This document shows, piece after piece, positions 38,110 to 48,400 of a DNA stretch of 64,000 nt; within the stretch, counting starts at the first letter, position 1; every line of letters begins with the position of its first letter. Position numbers and translations under genes: made by a program. The DNA comes from an uncultured Gammaproteobacteria bacterium (GTDB lineage Bacteria; Patescibacteriota; Microgenomatia; Levybacterales; UBA12049). The stretch covers positions 2,306 through 66,305 of the forward strand of contig CAZRWL010000001.1 of the NCBI GenBank assembly GCA_964603935.1. The letters are read 5' to 3'. The notes under the pieces are model-generated. The model saw nothing but the letters and a program-made list of their open reading frames with translations. It ran no database searches and had not been told where the DNA came from.

Positions 38110-39387
38110 ATGTTAATTAAAAATTTTGATGCATTAAATTCCACTCCCCAAAGAAAAATCTGCCTGGAGCTCATAGAAGCAGCGCTTGAGTCAATTCAAC
38201 CCAAAAATGTAATTAAAAAAAATATTTCCTTAAAAGAAAGTGTTCTAAAAATTCAGGATAAAACTTTTAATTTAAAAGACTTTGATCGAGTTTTTCTTAT
38301 TGGTTTTGGAAAAGGATCTGCCGGTATTTCCAAAAGAATTGAAACCATACTTAAGGAAAAACTAACTGAAGGTTACATTATCGATACAACTTCTGAGGAA
38401 TTTGCAAAAATAAAATTTACTCAAGGCGCTCATCCATTGCCCTCCGAGACAAATCTTGACTTTACAAAAAAAATAATTCAACAATTTAACAACCTGACAA
38501 TTAAAGACTTAGCTATCGTTGTAATTGCCGGAGGCGGGTCCGTGCTGTTTGAAAATCCATATAAAATTAATCTTGAAAAATTGACTGAAGTAAATAATGC
38601 CTTACTTAAATCCGGAGCAAATATTATAGAAATGAATATCGTAAGACAACATTTGTCAGATGTTAAAGGAGGAGGTCTTGCTAAAATTCTATATCCGTCA
38701 ACAGTTGTAAGCTTAATTTTTTCTGATGTCCCAGGAAACGATATTTCCTATATTGCGTCCGGCCCGACAGTAAAAAATCATACAACAATTTCAGATGCCC
38801 TCGATATTCTCAAAAAATACAATCTTGAAAAGGAGTTGAATTTGCCGGCCGATTCATTTACGGAAAATCCAAAAGAAGATAAATATTTTGAAAAAGTTAA
38901 TAATTTAATAATCTTAAGCAATCAAACTGCACTGCAGACAATGAAGAAAAAGGGAGAAGAATTGGGATTTGCTGCCAGAATTTACTCGGATAAATTTGAA
39001 TCAGATGCCAAAACCGCAGGTAAAACATTAATTGACGCAGTAAATTCTGATGAAATTTTGCTAGTTGGCGGAGAAACAACTGTAAAAGTTTTGAATAAAG
39101 GAGGACAGGGAGGAAGAAATCAAGAGTTAGTTTTGGCTGCGCTTGCATCAATCGATGAAAGGACAACAATTGTTTCCTTTGATTCTGACGGATGGGATAA
39201 CTCTTCTTTCGCAGGAGCTATTGGAGATTTACTGACAATTCAAAAAGCTAAGGAATTAAACATTGTTCCCGATGTTTTCTCACAGGAAAATAACAGCTTT
39301 CTCTTCTTTGAAAAAACAGGCGACGGAATTATTACAGACCGCCTTCCCTCCAACGTGTCCGACCTCATGATTGTTCTGAAAAAATAA
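38110..39387 (+). CDS. Glycerate 2-kinase (DUF4147/MOFRL)
   Basis: GFGKGS, HPLP, GGGS, VKGGGLA, SDVPG, GGETTV, GGRNQE, NVSDL. Confidence 0.88.
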   Translation: MLIKNFDALNSTPQRKICLELIEAALESIQPKNVIKKNISLKESVLKIQDKTFNLKDFDRVFLIGFGKGSAGISKRIETILKEKLTEGYIIDTTSEEFAKIKFTQGAHPLPSETNLDFTKKIIQQFNNLTIKDLAIVVIAGGGSVLFENPYKINLEKLTEVNNALLKSGANIIEMNIVRQHLSDVKGGGLAKILYPSTVVSLIFSDVPGNDISYIASGPTVKNHTTISDALDILKKYNLEKELNLPADSFTENPKEDKYFEKVNNLIILSNQTALQTMKKKGEELGFAARIYSDKFESDAKTAGKTLIDAVNSDEILLVGGETTVKVLNKGGQGGRNQELVLAALASIDERTTIVSFDSDGWDNSSFAGAIGDLLTIQKAKELNIVPDVFSQENNSFLFFEKTGDGIITDRLPSNVSDLMIVLKK

Positions 39388-39405
39388 TTCTGTTACTATA
39401 GATTA

Positions 39406-40248
39406 ATGATTGCAACTCCGGAAAAAATAAAAGATCTTGATCTTAAAGCAGATAAAATAAGACAGCTTATTATTGAAATGCTTTTGGAGGCAGGCTCGGG
39501 ACATTCGGCAGGACCCTTGGGAATGGCAGATATCTTTACTGCTTTTTATTTTCATATTCTAAACCATGATCCTAAAAACCCAAGTTTGCCTGACCGAGAC
39601 AGATTAGTTTTATCCAACGGACACATTTGTCCCGTTCAATATGCAGCTATGGCTTTAGCAGGATATTTCCCCATTGAGGAATTAAAAACTTTGCGAAAAA
39701 TAAATTCCCGGCTGCAAGGACATCCCCACAGAACCTCCCTTCCGGGAATTGAAACAACTTCCGGACCCCTTGGTGAAGGATTATCTCAAGCGATCGGAAT
39801 TGCCTTAGCCGGAAGACTGGATAATAAAAATTACAAAGTGTACTGCTTAACATCAGATGGCGAACATGAAGAAGGAAATACTTGGGAAGCGGTGATGTTT
39901 GCCGCGAAAAATAAGTTAAATAATTTAATTCAAGTTATAGACCGCAATTATATTCAAATTGATGGCAACACGGAAAATGTTATGCCTCTTGATCTCCTAA
40001 AAGCAAAATACGAATCATTTAATTGGAACGTTATTGAAGTAGACGGAAATGATATTAAGAGTTTTATTGAGGCAGTTGAAAAAGCAAAATTAGCAACAGA
40101 CAAACCCACCATTATAATTGCCAAAACAATTCCGGGAAAAGGAGTAAGCTTTATGGAAAATGATTATCATTGGCATGGCAAACCGCCAAACAAAGAAGAA
40201 GCAAAGAAAGCTCTCGAAGAGCTTCGTAGTTCAAAATTTAAAATTTAA
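39406..40248 (+). CDS. Transketolase, N-terminal subunit
   Basis: SGH, DRLVLSNGH, LQGHP, SDGEHEEG, HWHGK. Confidence 0.93.
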   Translation: MIATPEKIKDLDLKADKIRQLIIEMLLEAGSGHSAGPLGMADIFTAFYFHILNHDPKNPSLPDRDRLVLSNGHICPVQYAAMALAGYFPIEELKTLRKINSRLQGHPHRTSLPGIETTSGPLGEGLSQAIGIALAGRLDNKNYKVYCLTSDGEHEEGNTWEAVMFAAKNKLNNLIQVIDRNYIQIDGNTENVMPLDLLKAKYESFNWNVIEVDGNDIKSFIEAVEKAKLATDKPTIIIAKTIPGKGVSFMENDYHWHGKPPNKEEAKKALEELRSSKFKI

Positions 40249-40257
40249 AATTATACT

Positions 40258-41250
40258 ATGTTGAATCCTGATTTGAAACTTAACCAAAAATTATTTGATG
40301 CTGACGCAGAAATTAAACCTACCCGCGCAGGTTATGGAGAAGGACTTTTGGAGCTTGGCGGAAAAAATCCCAATATTGTTGCTCTTTGCGCTGATTTAAC
40401 AGAATCAACCTACGCTCATCTTTTTGCGGAGAAATATCCCGAAAGATTTTTCCAAGTCGGAGTTGCCGAGCAAAATATGGCTGCAATCGCAGCGGGTCTT
40501 GGAGTAAGCGGAAAAATTCCCTTTATTTCTTCGTACGCAACTTTTTCTCCGGGCAAAAACTGGGAAACTATCAGAACAACTATTGCCTATAACAACTCTA
40601 ATGTGAAAATTGCCGGACACCACGCAGGAATAATGACCGGTCCGGATGGCGCAACTCACCAGGCAACCGAGGACATTGCAAGCATCAGATCCTGGCCGAA
40701 TATAAAAATTCTTGCTCCTTGCGACAGTATTGAGGCAAAAAAAGCAACAATTGCAGCCGGAGAAACAAACGGCCCTGTTTATCTCAGATTCTCCAGAGAT
40801 AAAACTCCAATAATCACAACGCAGGATTCGCCTTTTGAAATAGGTAAGATTCAAATTTTTTGGACTAGTGATACTCCAATTGCAACAATTCTTGCAATGG
40901 GCTACATGCTCCATTACGCGCTGGTTGCTGCAAAGGAGTTAGAGCAAGAAGGAGTTAGAGTGCTGGTTGCAAATGCTTCAACTGTCAAACCTTTGGATGA
41001 AGAAGCTGTTTTTTCCCTTGCTAAAAGGACCGGCGCTTTTGTTACAGTTGAGGATCACCAGGTTATGGGCGGACTGGGAGGAACGATCGCAGAATATTTG
41101 GCTAAAAATGTTCCAACACCAATGGAATTTATCGGTCTTCAGGACACCTTTGCGGAATCAGGAAATCCAAAAGAATTAATTGAAAAGTATGGAATGGGAG
41201 TTCAGGCAATAAAACAAGCAGTGAAAAAAGTAATCGCCAGAAAAATATAA
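40258..41250 (+). CDS. Transketolase, C-terminal subunit
   Basis: ADL, GVAEQNM, GPDGATHQ, GPVYLR, TVEDH. Confidence 0.93.
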   Translation: MLNPDLKLNQKLFDADAEIKPTRAGYGEGLLELGGKNPNIVALCADLTESTYAHLFAEKYPERFFQVGVAEQNMAAIAAGLGVSGKIPFISSYATFSPGKNWETIRTTIAYNNSNVKIAGHHAGIMTGPDGATHQATEDIASIRSWPNIKILAPCDSIEAKKATIAAGETNGPVYLRFSRDKTPIITTQDSPFEIGKIQIFWTSDTPIATILAMGYMLHYALVAAKELEQEGVRVLVANASTVKPLDEEAVFSLAKRTGAFVTVEDHQVMGGLGGTIAEYLAKNVPTPMEFIGLQDTFAESGNPKELIEKYGMGVQAIKQAVKKVIARKI

Positions 41251-41332
41251 TTTTCAATTTGAAATTTAAAATTTGAAATGAAAATTTAATTTTAAAAATT
41301 CAATGAAAATTAAAAATTGAAAATTTAAAATT
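41251..41332. repeat. Intergenic degenerate heptamer array
   Basis: TTTGAAA-TTTAAAA-TTTGAAA ... ATGAAAA-TTAAAAA-TTGAAAA-TTTAAAA. Confidence 0.6.
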
Positions 41333-41333
41333 A

Positions 41334-42986
41334 ATGGAAAATAATCTTATTGATCAAATCAAAACCATAATCAAAGGGGATGTCTTAGGAGATGAAAAAA
41401 CTCTTCAGGAATATTCCCATGATGCCAGTCTTTTTGAAGTAAAACCCCAAGCAGTCGTCTTCCCAAAAGACGTGGAGGATATAAAAAAACTGGTTAAATT
41501 TGTATCGGAAAATAAGAAAAGCAATCCCTCGCTTTCTCTAACCGGAAGATCTGCGGGAACAGATATGGGAGGAGGGTCTATCAATGATTCTATCATTGTG
41601 GAATTTAATAAATATTTTAATCATACCCCGCAAATAAACGGTACTGTTGCCACAACAGAACCCGGTGTTTTTTATCGGGATTTTGAAAAAGAAACATTAA
41701 AACACAACCTTATTTTTCCTTCTTATCCTGCGTCCAGAGAAATCTGCGCAATGGGCGGAATTTTGAATAATAATTCCGGCGGAGAAAAATCACTGCAATA
41801 TGGAAAAACAGAAAAATACATTGAGGCAATGAAAGTTGTATTAAGTGATGGAAATATTTACGAGTTCAAAAAACTCTCAGAACAGGAGCTCCAAGAAAAA
41901 ATATCGCTCAAAACATTTGAAGGCAAAATTTACAGAAAGATATATAAACTCATTATTGATAACCAAGATAAGATTAGCAAAGCCAAACCTAATGTTTCTA
42001 AAAATTCCGCAGGATACTATCTATGGAATGTTTACGACAGGGAGAAGAAAACTTTTGACCTAACGCAGTTATTTGTCGGAGCACAAGGGACATTAGGACT
42101 TCTGACGGAAGCAAAGGTTAAGCTTGTCCCCGTACCCATACACCGGGAGATGGAAATTATTTTCCTGCGCGATCTTGCACATTTAGGAGAGATTATTGAT
42201 GCAGCCTTATCTTTGCAGCCGGAAAGTTTTGAGTCATATGACGATAACACGCTAAAACTGTCTCTGAGATATTTCCCTGAATTCGCTCACCAGCTGGGCA
42301 TTGCCGGACTTATCCAGGCAGGCATAGCGTTTCTGCCGGCATTTTTACAAATGCTTATCGGCAGACTTCCAAAATTGGTTCTGCAAATTGATTTTGCCGG
42401 AAATGATCTTAGCGAACTTAAGAAAAAAATAGATACTCTGCATGCAAAGCTTAAACCCTTTCACCCTCAAACACGTATCGCAATTGACGATCAGGAAAAA
42501 AAATATTGGCTGGTCAGACGGGAAAGTTTTAATTTGCTGCGCAAAAAAATCAGAAACAAACACACCGCGCCTTTTATTGATGATTTCGTAATCAACCCGC
42601 ATCAAATTGCAGAAGTCATTCCAAAAGTAACTTCAATTTTGAAAAAATATCCGGAATTTATTTTCACTGTGGCAGGTCATGTCGGCAATGGAAATTTCCA
42701 TATTATTCCATTGGCTGATATTACAAACAAAAAAGTACGTCAGGCCATCCCAATTATTGCCGACAAGACTTACGATATTATTGCCGAATATAAAGGTTCT
42801 ATAACCGGAGAGCATAATGATGGACTTATCCGTACCCCCTATTTGAAACAAATGTATGGCGAAAAAATAATAAAAATTTTCGAAGAGGTTAAAAATATTT
42901 TCGATCCCCAAAACATCTTTAATCCCAGAAAAAAAGTTTTTGGAGATTTGGATTTCGCCCTAAACCACATCAGAGAAAATTGGTAA
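41334..42986 (+). CDS. FAD-linked oxidase (GlcD/D-lactate dehydrogenase family)
   Basis: YSHDAS, RSAGT, NNSGG, GAQGTLG, GHVGNGNFH, GEHNDG, FDPQNIFNP. Confidence 0.88.
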   Translation: MENNLIDQIKTIIKGDVLGDEKTLQEYSHDASLFEVKPQAVVFPKDVEDIKKLVKFVSENKKSNPSLSLTGRSAGTDMGGGSINDSIIVEFNKYFNHTPQINGTVATTEPGVFYRDFEKETLKHNLIFPSYPASREICAMGGILNNNSGGEKSLQYGKTEKYIEAMKVVLSDGNIYEFKKLSEQELQEKISLKTFEGKIYRKIYKLIIDNQDKISKAKPNVSKNSAGYYLWNVYDREKKTFDLTQLFVGAQGTLGLLTEAKVKLVPVPIHREMEIIFLRDLAHLGEIIDAALSLQPESFESYDDNTLKLSLRYFPEFAHQLGIAGLIQAGIAFLPAFLQMLIGRLPKLVLQIDFAGNDLSELKKKIDTLHAKLKPFHPQTRIAIDDQEKKYWLVRRESFNLLRKKIRNKHTAPFIDDFVINPHQIAEVIPKVTSILKKYPEFIFTVAGHVGNGNFHIIPLADITNKKVRQAIPIIADKTYDIIAEYKGSITGEHNDGLIRTPYLKQMYGEKIIKIFEEVKNIFDPQNIFNPRKKVFGDLDFALNHIRENW

Positions 42987-43607
42987 CTAAACTTCCTTAG
43001 TTTTTCTTCTTTTCGCGTAAAGTATGTAGGGAATAATGCTTAATAAATTGGTGATTGCCACCAGATAAAATAAAAATGCAAATCCATATCTGTTCGCTAC
43101 AAATCCTCCGATTGTTGCAGACATGGCCATTCCCATAAATACGAATCCGTCATAGATGCTCCATTCCGCTACTTCTTTGTCTTTATCAAGATGCGTTGAA
43201 AAAAGAGAATTTTTTGCAGGCGAAGCAATTCCCAATCCCATACCAATAACACCATAAAAAACAAATACCGAGGAAACATTTTTTGTCAGGGCAAAACCCA
43301 GATACCCAAGACTGACAAGAAAAATCCCGATAATTGATACTGCAAATTTCTGTATATCTTTTGACTTGGCTAAATACCTTCCGCTAACCAACTCGAAAAT
43401 AACTCTTACGATAAGGTAGGCGCTGAAAGATGATGCGGCAATTTCGGTATTTCCTCCGGATATTTCAGTGGCGGCAAAAATAGCAAAAATCGGAGTGATT
43501 GCATTCCATGAAGACCAGAGAAATATCTCGGAAATAATAAATGCCTTCACGATGGAATTCATGTGGAAATCCGAAGGCTTTCTTCCGATAAAAATTTCTT
43601 TTATCAT
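42987..43607 (-). CDS. Half-size (6-TM) MFS transporter-like protein
   Basis: 206 aa with about 6 TMs; motif A-like SGRYLAK. Confidence 0.7.
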   Translation of the reverse strand: MIKEIFIGRKPSDFHMNSIVKAFIISEIFLWSSWNAITPIFAIFAATEISGGNTEIAASSFSAYLIVRVIFELVSGRYLAKSKDIQKFAVSIIGIFLVSLGYLGFALTKNVSSVFVFYGVIGMGLGIASPAKNSLFSTHLDKDKEVAEWSIYDGFVFMGMAMSATIGGFVANRYGFAFLFYLVAITNLLSIIPYILYAKRRKTKEV

Positions 43608-43677
43608 TTGCTAGAATTAGCATATCACAAAATTCCAAAAAATATTCATTTTTGATAAGATAAGCCAGAGAAAACAA

Positions 43678-44451
43678 ATGAAACTTATATCTTTAAATAT
43701 TTGGGGAGGCAAAATCTATAAACCTCTTTTGGATTTTATTCAAATGCAGTCGCAAACAACTGATATTTTTTGCTTTCAGGAAGTTTTCCAAAACAATGCC
43801 GGCATAGCGGAAAGTTCCGGATATAAAACGGATATTTTAAGCGATCTTGCCTATACTCTGAACGACTTTCAGGAATATTTCGCTAAAACTTTTACAGGTT
43901 ACGACATGATAAAACTTGTTGATTTTGAACTTAATTTTGGCTTGGCAATGTTTGTAAAAAAATACATCAAAGTTTTGTCTTACGATAAGACATTGATTCA
44001 CAAGGCAGAAGGAGGAGTAAGAAGAAGAAAGGGTTATTTTGAAACTTCAAGAAGTATCCAAACCATACAATTTCAACAAAACAATAAAATATTCAATGTG
44101 TATAATCTGCATGGGCTATGGGTTCCCGATTCTTTAGGTAAAAGAGACAATGAAGAAAGAATTCAGCAGTCAAAAAGAATAGAGGATTTTATGCAAAAAC
44201 AAGCAGGCTTAAAAATTATGGCCGGAGATTTTAATTTGGATCCGGATACCCAAAGCCTAAAAATATTAGAAAAAAATTTAAAAAATTTAGTTAAAGAGTA
44301 TAATATTCCGACAACGAGAAGTAGTCTCTATACGAGAGGCCATAAATTTGCGGATTATATTTTGGTTTCGCAGGGAATTAAAGTAATTGACTTTCAAGTT
44401 CCAAATACTTCTGTTTCCGACCACCTCCCAATGATTCTGGAATTTACTTAG
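43678..44451 (+). CDS. Endonuclease/exonuclease/phosphatase family protein
   Basis: SLNIWGG, FQEV, GDFN, DYI, SDHLP. Confidence 0.9.
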   Translation: MKLISLNIWGGKIYKPLLDFIQMQSQTTDIFCFQEVFQNNAGIAESSGYKTDILSDLAYTLNDFQEYFAKTFTGYDMIKLVDFELNFGLAMFVKKYIKVLSYDKTLIHKAEGGVRRRKGYFETSRSIQTIQFQQNNKIFNVYNLHGLWVPDSLGKRDNEERIQQSKRIEDFMQKQAGLKIMAGDFNLDPDTQSLKILEKNLKNLVKEYNIPTTRSSLYTRGHKFADYILVSQGIKVIDFQVPNTSVSDHLPMILEFT

Positions 44452-44484
44452 CAATTCCAGGCAAAATGTAGTATAATTTCAGAT

Positions 44485-45156
44485 ATGATTCCCAGTATTT
44501 TGGTGGTTGATGACGATGAAGGAATTCGCGAATATTTAAAAGATATTCTCACAGAAAACGGCTATTCCGTAAGAGTTGTCGCAGACGGAATAAGCGCTCT
44601 GAAGACGATAAAAAAATCCCAGCCTGATTTGATAATCCTTGATCTTAATCTTCCCGACATGAGCGGAGAAGGAGTTTGTCTTGAAGTAAGGAAAGACTAC
44701 CCATCTTTGCCTATCATCATGCTCACAGCCAAGGACGATATCAAGGACAAGGTCGAGGGGCTGAAAATGGGAGCGGATGATTATATCACCAAACCTTTTA
44801 TCGCAGACGAATTTATCGCGCGGGTTAAAGCAAGATTAAGAAACAATACTCAAGGAAAGTCTAATTTAAAAGTTGCGGATTTAGAGCTTGATAATAAAAA
44901 ATTCCAGGTAACCCGCGCAGGCAAGATTATTAATTTTACCCCGCAAGAATTCCGGCTGCTGGAATACCTTATGCTGAATAAAGGCGTTGTTCTGACAAGG
45001 GAAATGATTTTGAACAGAATTTGGCTTTATTCTCCCGACATAGAAAGCAGAGTTGTTGACGTATATATCGGATACTTAAGGAAGAAGATAGATAGCGGTC
45101 ATAACCAAAAGCTCGTCCATTCCGTCAGGGGATTTGGATATACTATAAAAGACTAG
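44485..45156 (+). CDS. OmpR-family response regulator
   Basis: LVVDDD, DLNLP, LTAK, GADDYITKPF, wHTH VVDVYIGYLRKK..VRGFGY. Confidence 0.95.
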   Translation: MIPSILVVDDDEGIREYLKDILTENGYSVRVVADGISALKTIKKSQPDLIILDLNLPDMSGEGVCLEVRKDYPSLPIIMLTAKDDIKDKVEGLKMGADDYITKPFIADEFIARVKARLRNNTQGKSNLKVADLELDNKKFQVTRAGKIINFTPQEFRLLEYLMLNKGVVLTREMILNRIWLYSPDIESRVVDVYIGYLRKKIDSGHNQKLVHSVRGFGYTIKD

Positions 45157-45232
45157 CTGATCTGAAAATATTGTAAAAATCCCAGACGAAAGTTTTCCTG
45201 AGAAATACCTTTACGGCATAAATTATTTCCAT
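45143..45232 (-). CDS. Candidate 29-aa peptide with strong Shine-Dalgarno
   Basis: AGAGGTGATACGA-ATG; MEIIYAVKVFLRKTFVWDFYNIFRSASLL*. Confidence 0.35.
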   Translation of the reverse strand: MEIIYAVKVFLRKTFVWDFYNIFRSASLL

Positions 45233-45481
45233 TCGTATCACCTCTTTTCTAAGGAAGGGTAAAGTTATGATCTGAAAGTAAAAGTTTTCTAGGGGAGAAC
45301 GCAATTTTTGTCTCGGCCCTGATCCTTACTTTCTAATCCTTAACCTTACCCTCCTTCTTTACTAAATCCTATGCCCTGCCTCTCTAACCTGTCTTATCTA
45401 CAATTAAATAATACATTCGCAAAATAAGAATGGATATCGAAAAATGGTAAGAAATTTGTAAAACCGGTTTTATTGAAGATT

Positions 45482-48400
45482 TTAGAAATTCAGCTTATGC
45501 AGTTTCCTGTAGAATAGCTCTCTGTTCAAGACTAGGACTGATGTGATCATCAAGACAATCAGGATAAGCATAATGTTCTTAGCAGGAAAACCTTTAGCTG
45601 TTTGAGTCTTGCCTTGAGGTGTTTCTTTTTCCTGAGTTGCCCCTAGAACTTCTTTTTCATTCTGACCTATTTGATCTAATTGAGTAATTAAGTTATCATC
45701 TGCTAAATCAGAAATAGTATTGCTGTTTCCCTCCCCATTTGCCGTAACTGTGGAAGTTGTATTTGAAGAAGCAGACGACAGAGTGGGAGTGGGAGTTGGA
45801 GCAGCAGTTACAACAACAGGAGCAACGGTTTGAGTAGTAGCTATATAATAGGAAGCTTTGGTTGCCTGAAACGTGCATGTCCCATCCGCAACAACACATT
45901 TGTGAGGCGGGAGAATGCCGTCATTTGTCCAGTTGTCCGTACCTGTTCTTGAGCGCAAAACACTGAGCGTTTGACCGTTAAGAGCGGTTCCTACAAAAAT
46001 ATTTAATGTGATGGGATTGCTGAACGAAAGTCCATGATTTGGAATACCCCATTGCAGCTTGCCGTTAACCACTATCCCCTCGCCTACTCCTGTTATAGAG
46101 TCGCTTGTAGGTTCAATCGCTGTGAGAGCGGCAATATCCAGATTGCTTCCGTCGATCTTGGTAATTTCTGTTCCGTCAGGCACTGTTACGAAACTTGTTC
46201 CTCCGTTAACAGTAACGTTAACAACAGATGTTCCTAAGGAAATTACTTTGGAAGTGATTGTCTCTCCGTTTAGGGGAGCAAATTTACCCTGTCCGTCAAT
46301 ACTTTTGAAAACCGCATTGCCAAAGCTTAATCCTTCGATTTGGTCTCCTCCGGAAATGGTAACAGCGTGCTTCCCATTTCCTCCTCTTGGCGTGGATAAT
46401 TCCCAGTTGCTTTGCAGAATTTCCCTGACATTGTATGATCCGGGAATTAAATCGGAGAATTGATAGTTACCAAATGCATCGGTTACGGTTGAGAATTCCC
46501 CTGTATCCAATATACTATTGTCGTTGGCATCCAGGAAAATCGTCCAGCCGGAAAGCGCTAATTCATTTACATCTTTGACCCGATTTATATTTGCATCCTG
46601 AAAGACTATTCCGCTAATTGCGCCTTTCTTGTCTTCATCAGGCACAACTACGTCCAAAGGAGCAGTTACCGTAATAGCTGCAGCTATGGGACTTATTCTT
46701 TTGGCAGGACCAAAACTATACGCCCGCAGGAAAACCTGATGCGAGGGGTGCGAGGTATAAGTTTGATTTTGGTCAACAAAAGGAGATGTTTGATTTATGT
46801 GTTCGCGGATATCATCCGAAGTTCCCATAATCCCGTCAGGTCCGGGTAAATTGGTTGCGCGGGTTAAGACCATGAAGTTGGAATGGCTTAACGGATTGAA
46901 AAGAGGATCATCCGGCATAAGAGGTACGAACACTGTGCCGCTTTTTCCCTTGTTAACCAGGTCAAGACCATGATCAAAAAACTGGCCGAATAGAATAAAC
47001 CATGAATTGAATGATGCGGACAAACCCATATCCGGAGCAACATTTGGAATAAATAGAGTGCCTGCAAAAGGATCGGGCAAGGTAAGTTCTCCTGCGGCGG
47101 CAACAGCTGCGGGATTGCTTGGGGTTTGATCAACAATCAAATTGCTGATCAAACGCGGTTTGGAATCAAACACAAAACCATTGGTTTGAGCGTAAGATGT
47201 TAAGTCCCCTACCTTTAACGGTCCCGGCCCATCCAGGTCAATACTAACTATTTCTCCCTCTCTAAATATCGGAGTTGTCAAACGGGGGAATATCCGGTCT
47301 GCTGCGCCAAAACTTGATTGGCCGGGCACAATATTATTCCATGATCCGTCAATCGTACGAAGACCCCAAGGCAAAGTATCTTTGGGGATTAGATTCAATA
47401 ACGGTGTGCCCGCCGCATGAGCTTCCGCAATCCTGATTTGGTCTAAAATGAATTGCAGGTCAGATCTTATCAGGGTCAGTCCTGATCCGCCAAGGAAACT
47501 GCTGCCTGCAGATATTGCCAAAATACCCTTAAGCTTCGGAGATTCTACTTTGTTAAGACCATGCTCCAGATCTATTGTCTGATCGGCAAACTGTAATTTT
47601 TCAATGTTGCGGATTGTGTCTATGCCATTGTTTTCTTTGCCCCCATTGTCAGCTCTATTATCGGTTACTGTTATTCTGCCCTGAGCATCAGGCAAGCTAA
47701 TAGTATAGTCGGCAAAATTACCTGAAAATACGGCTGTGTCAATATCATTTTCGGCAGTACCCGATACCAATATTTCACGGATTATTCTGATTTGACCCGG
47801 ATTTATTTTGCCTTCAAAGATCGCTTCCTGAAGCTCTGTCATGCTGTCAGCAGTCAGAATTTCAATGCCGGGATCATTGCTGTCTCTTACGCTAAGACGC
47901 GCATTAAGCCATGCGTCCCCGTCTATAAGATCGTTTCCGCCGCGTCCCTCAATAATATCGTTTCCGCCCCCGCCCAGAATAATATTACCGCCGGAAAAAG
48001 AGGTAATATCGTCTCCAAGCAAACTTTGCAAACCGTCAATCAGCGCAATTTGACCTGCATTATTTAATGAATTGTTTTGGCCGGAGTTACCGTCAATTTT
48101 TGAGAGTTCAATGCTGCCAAGATTGTCTCCCCGCAGAATGTCGTTGAATTGTCCGCCTGATAAACCTTCGACCGAATCGAAGCGGTCGCGAAGAGTATCT
48201 ACTTCCGGCAACATTAAGCCTTTGAAAAACATATCCGCGTTAGCCGGCTGAGGATCATTTTTATAAGTAACCCAGTCAAAACCCTGCATGCCTTCATTGC
48301 GTTCAATACCCGGATCGGAAAGCATAATGTCATCTCCTGATTCGGAGTCGTAATCGTCGTCTCCTCCGCCACCTATAATAACATCATTGCCGATAGTTGA

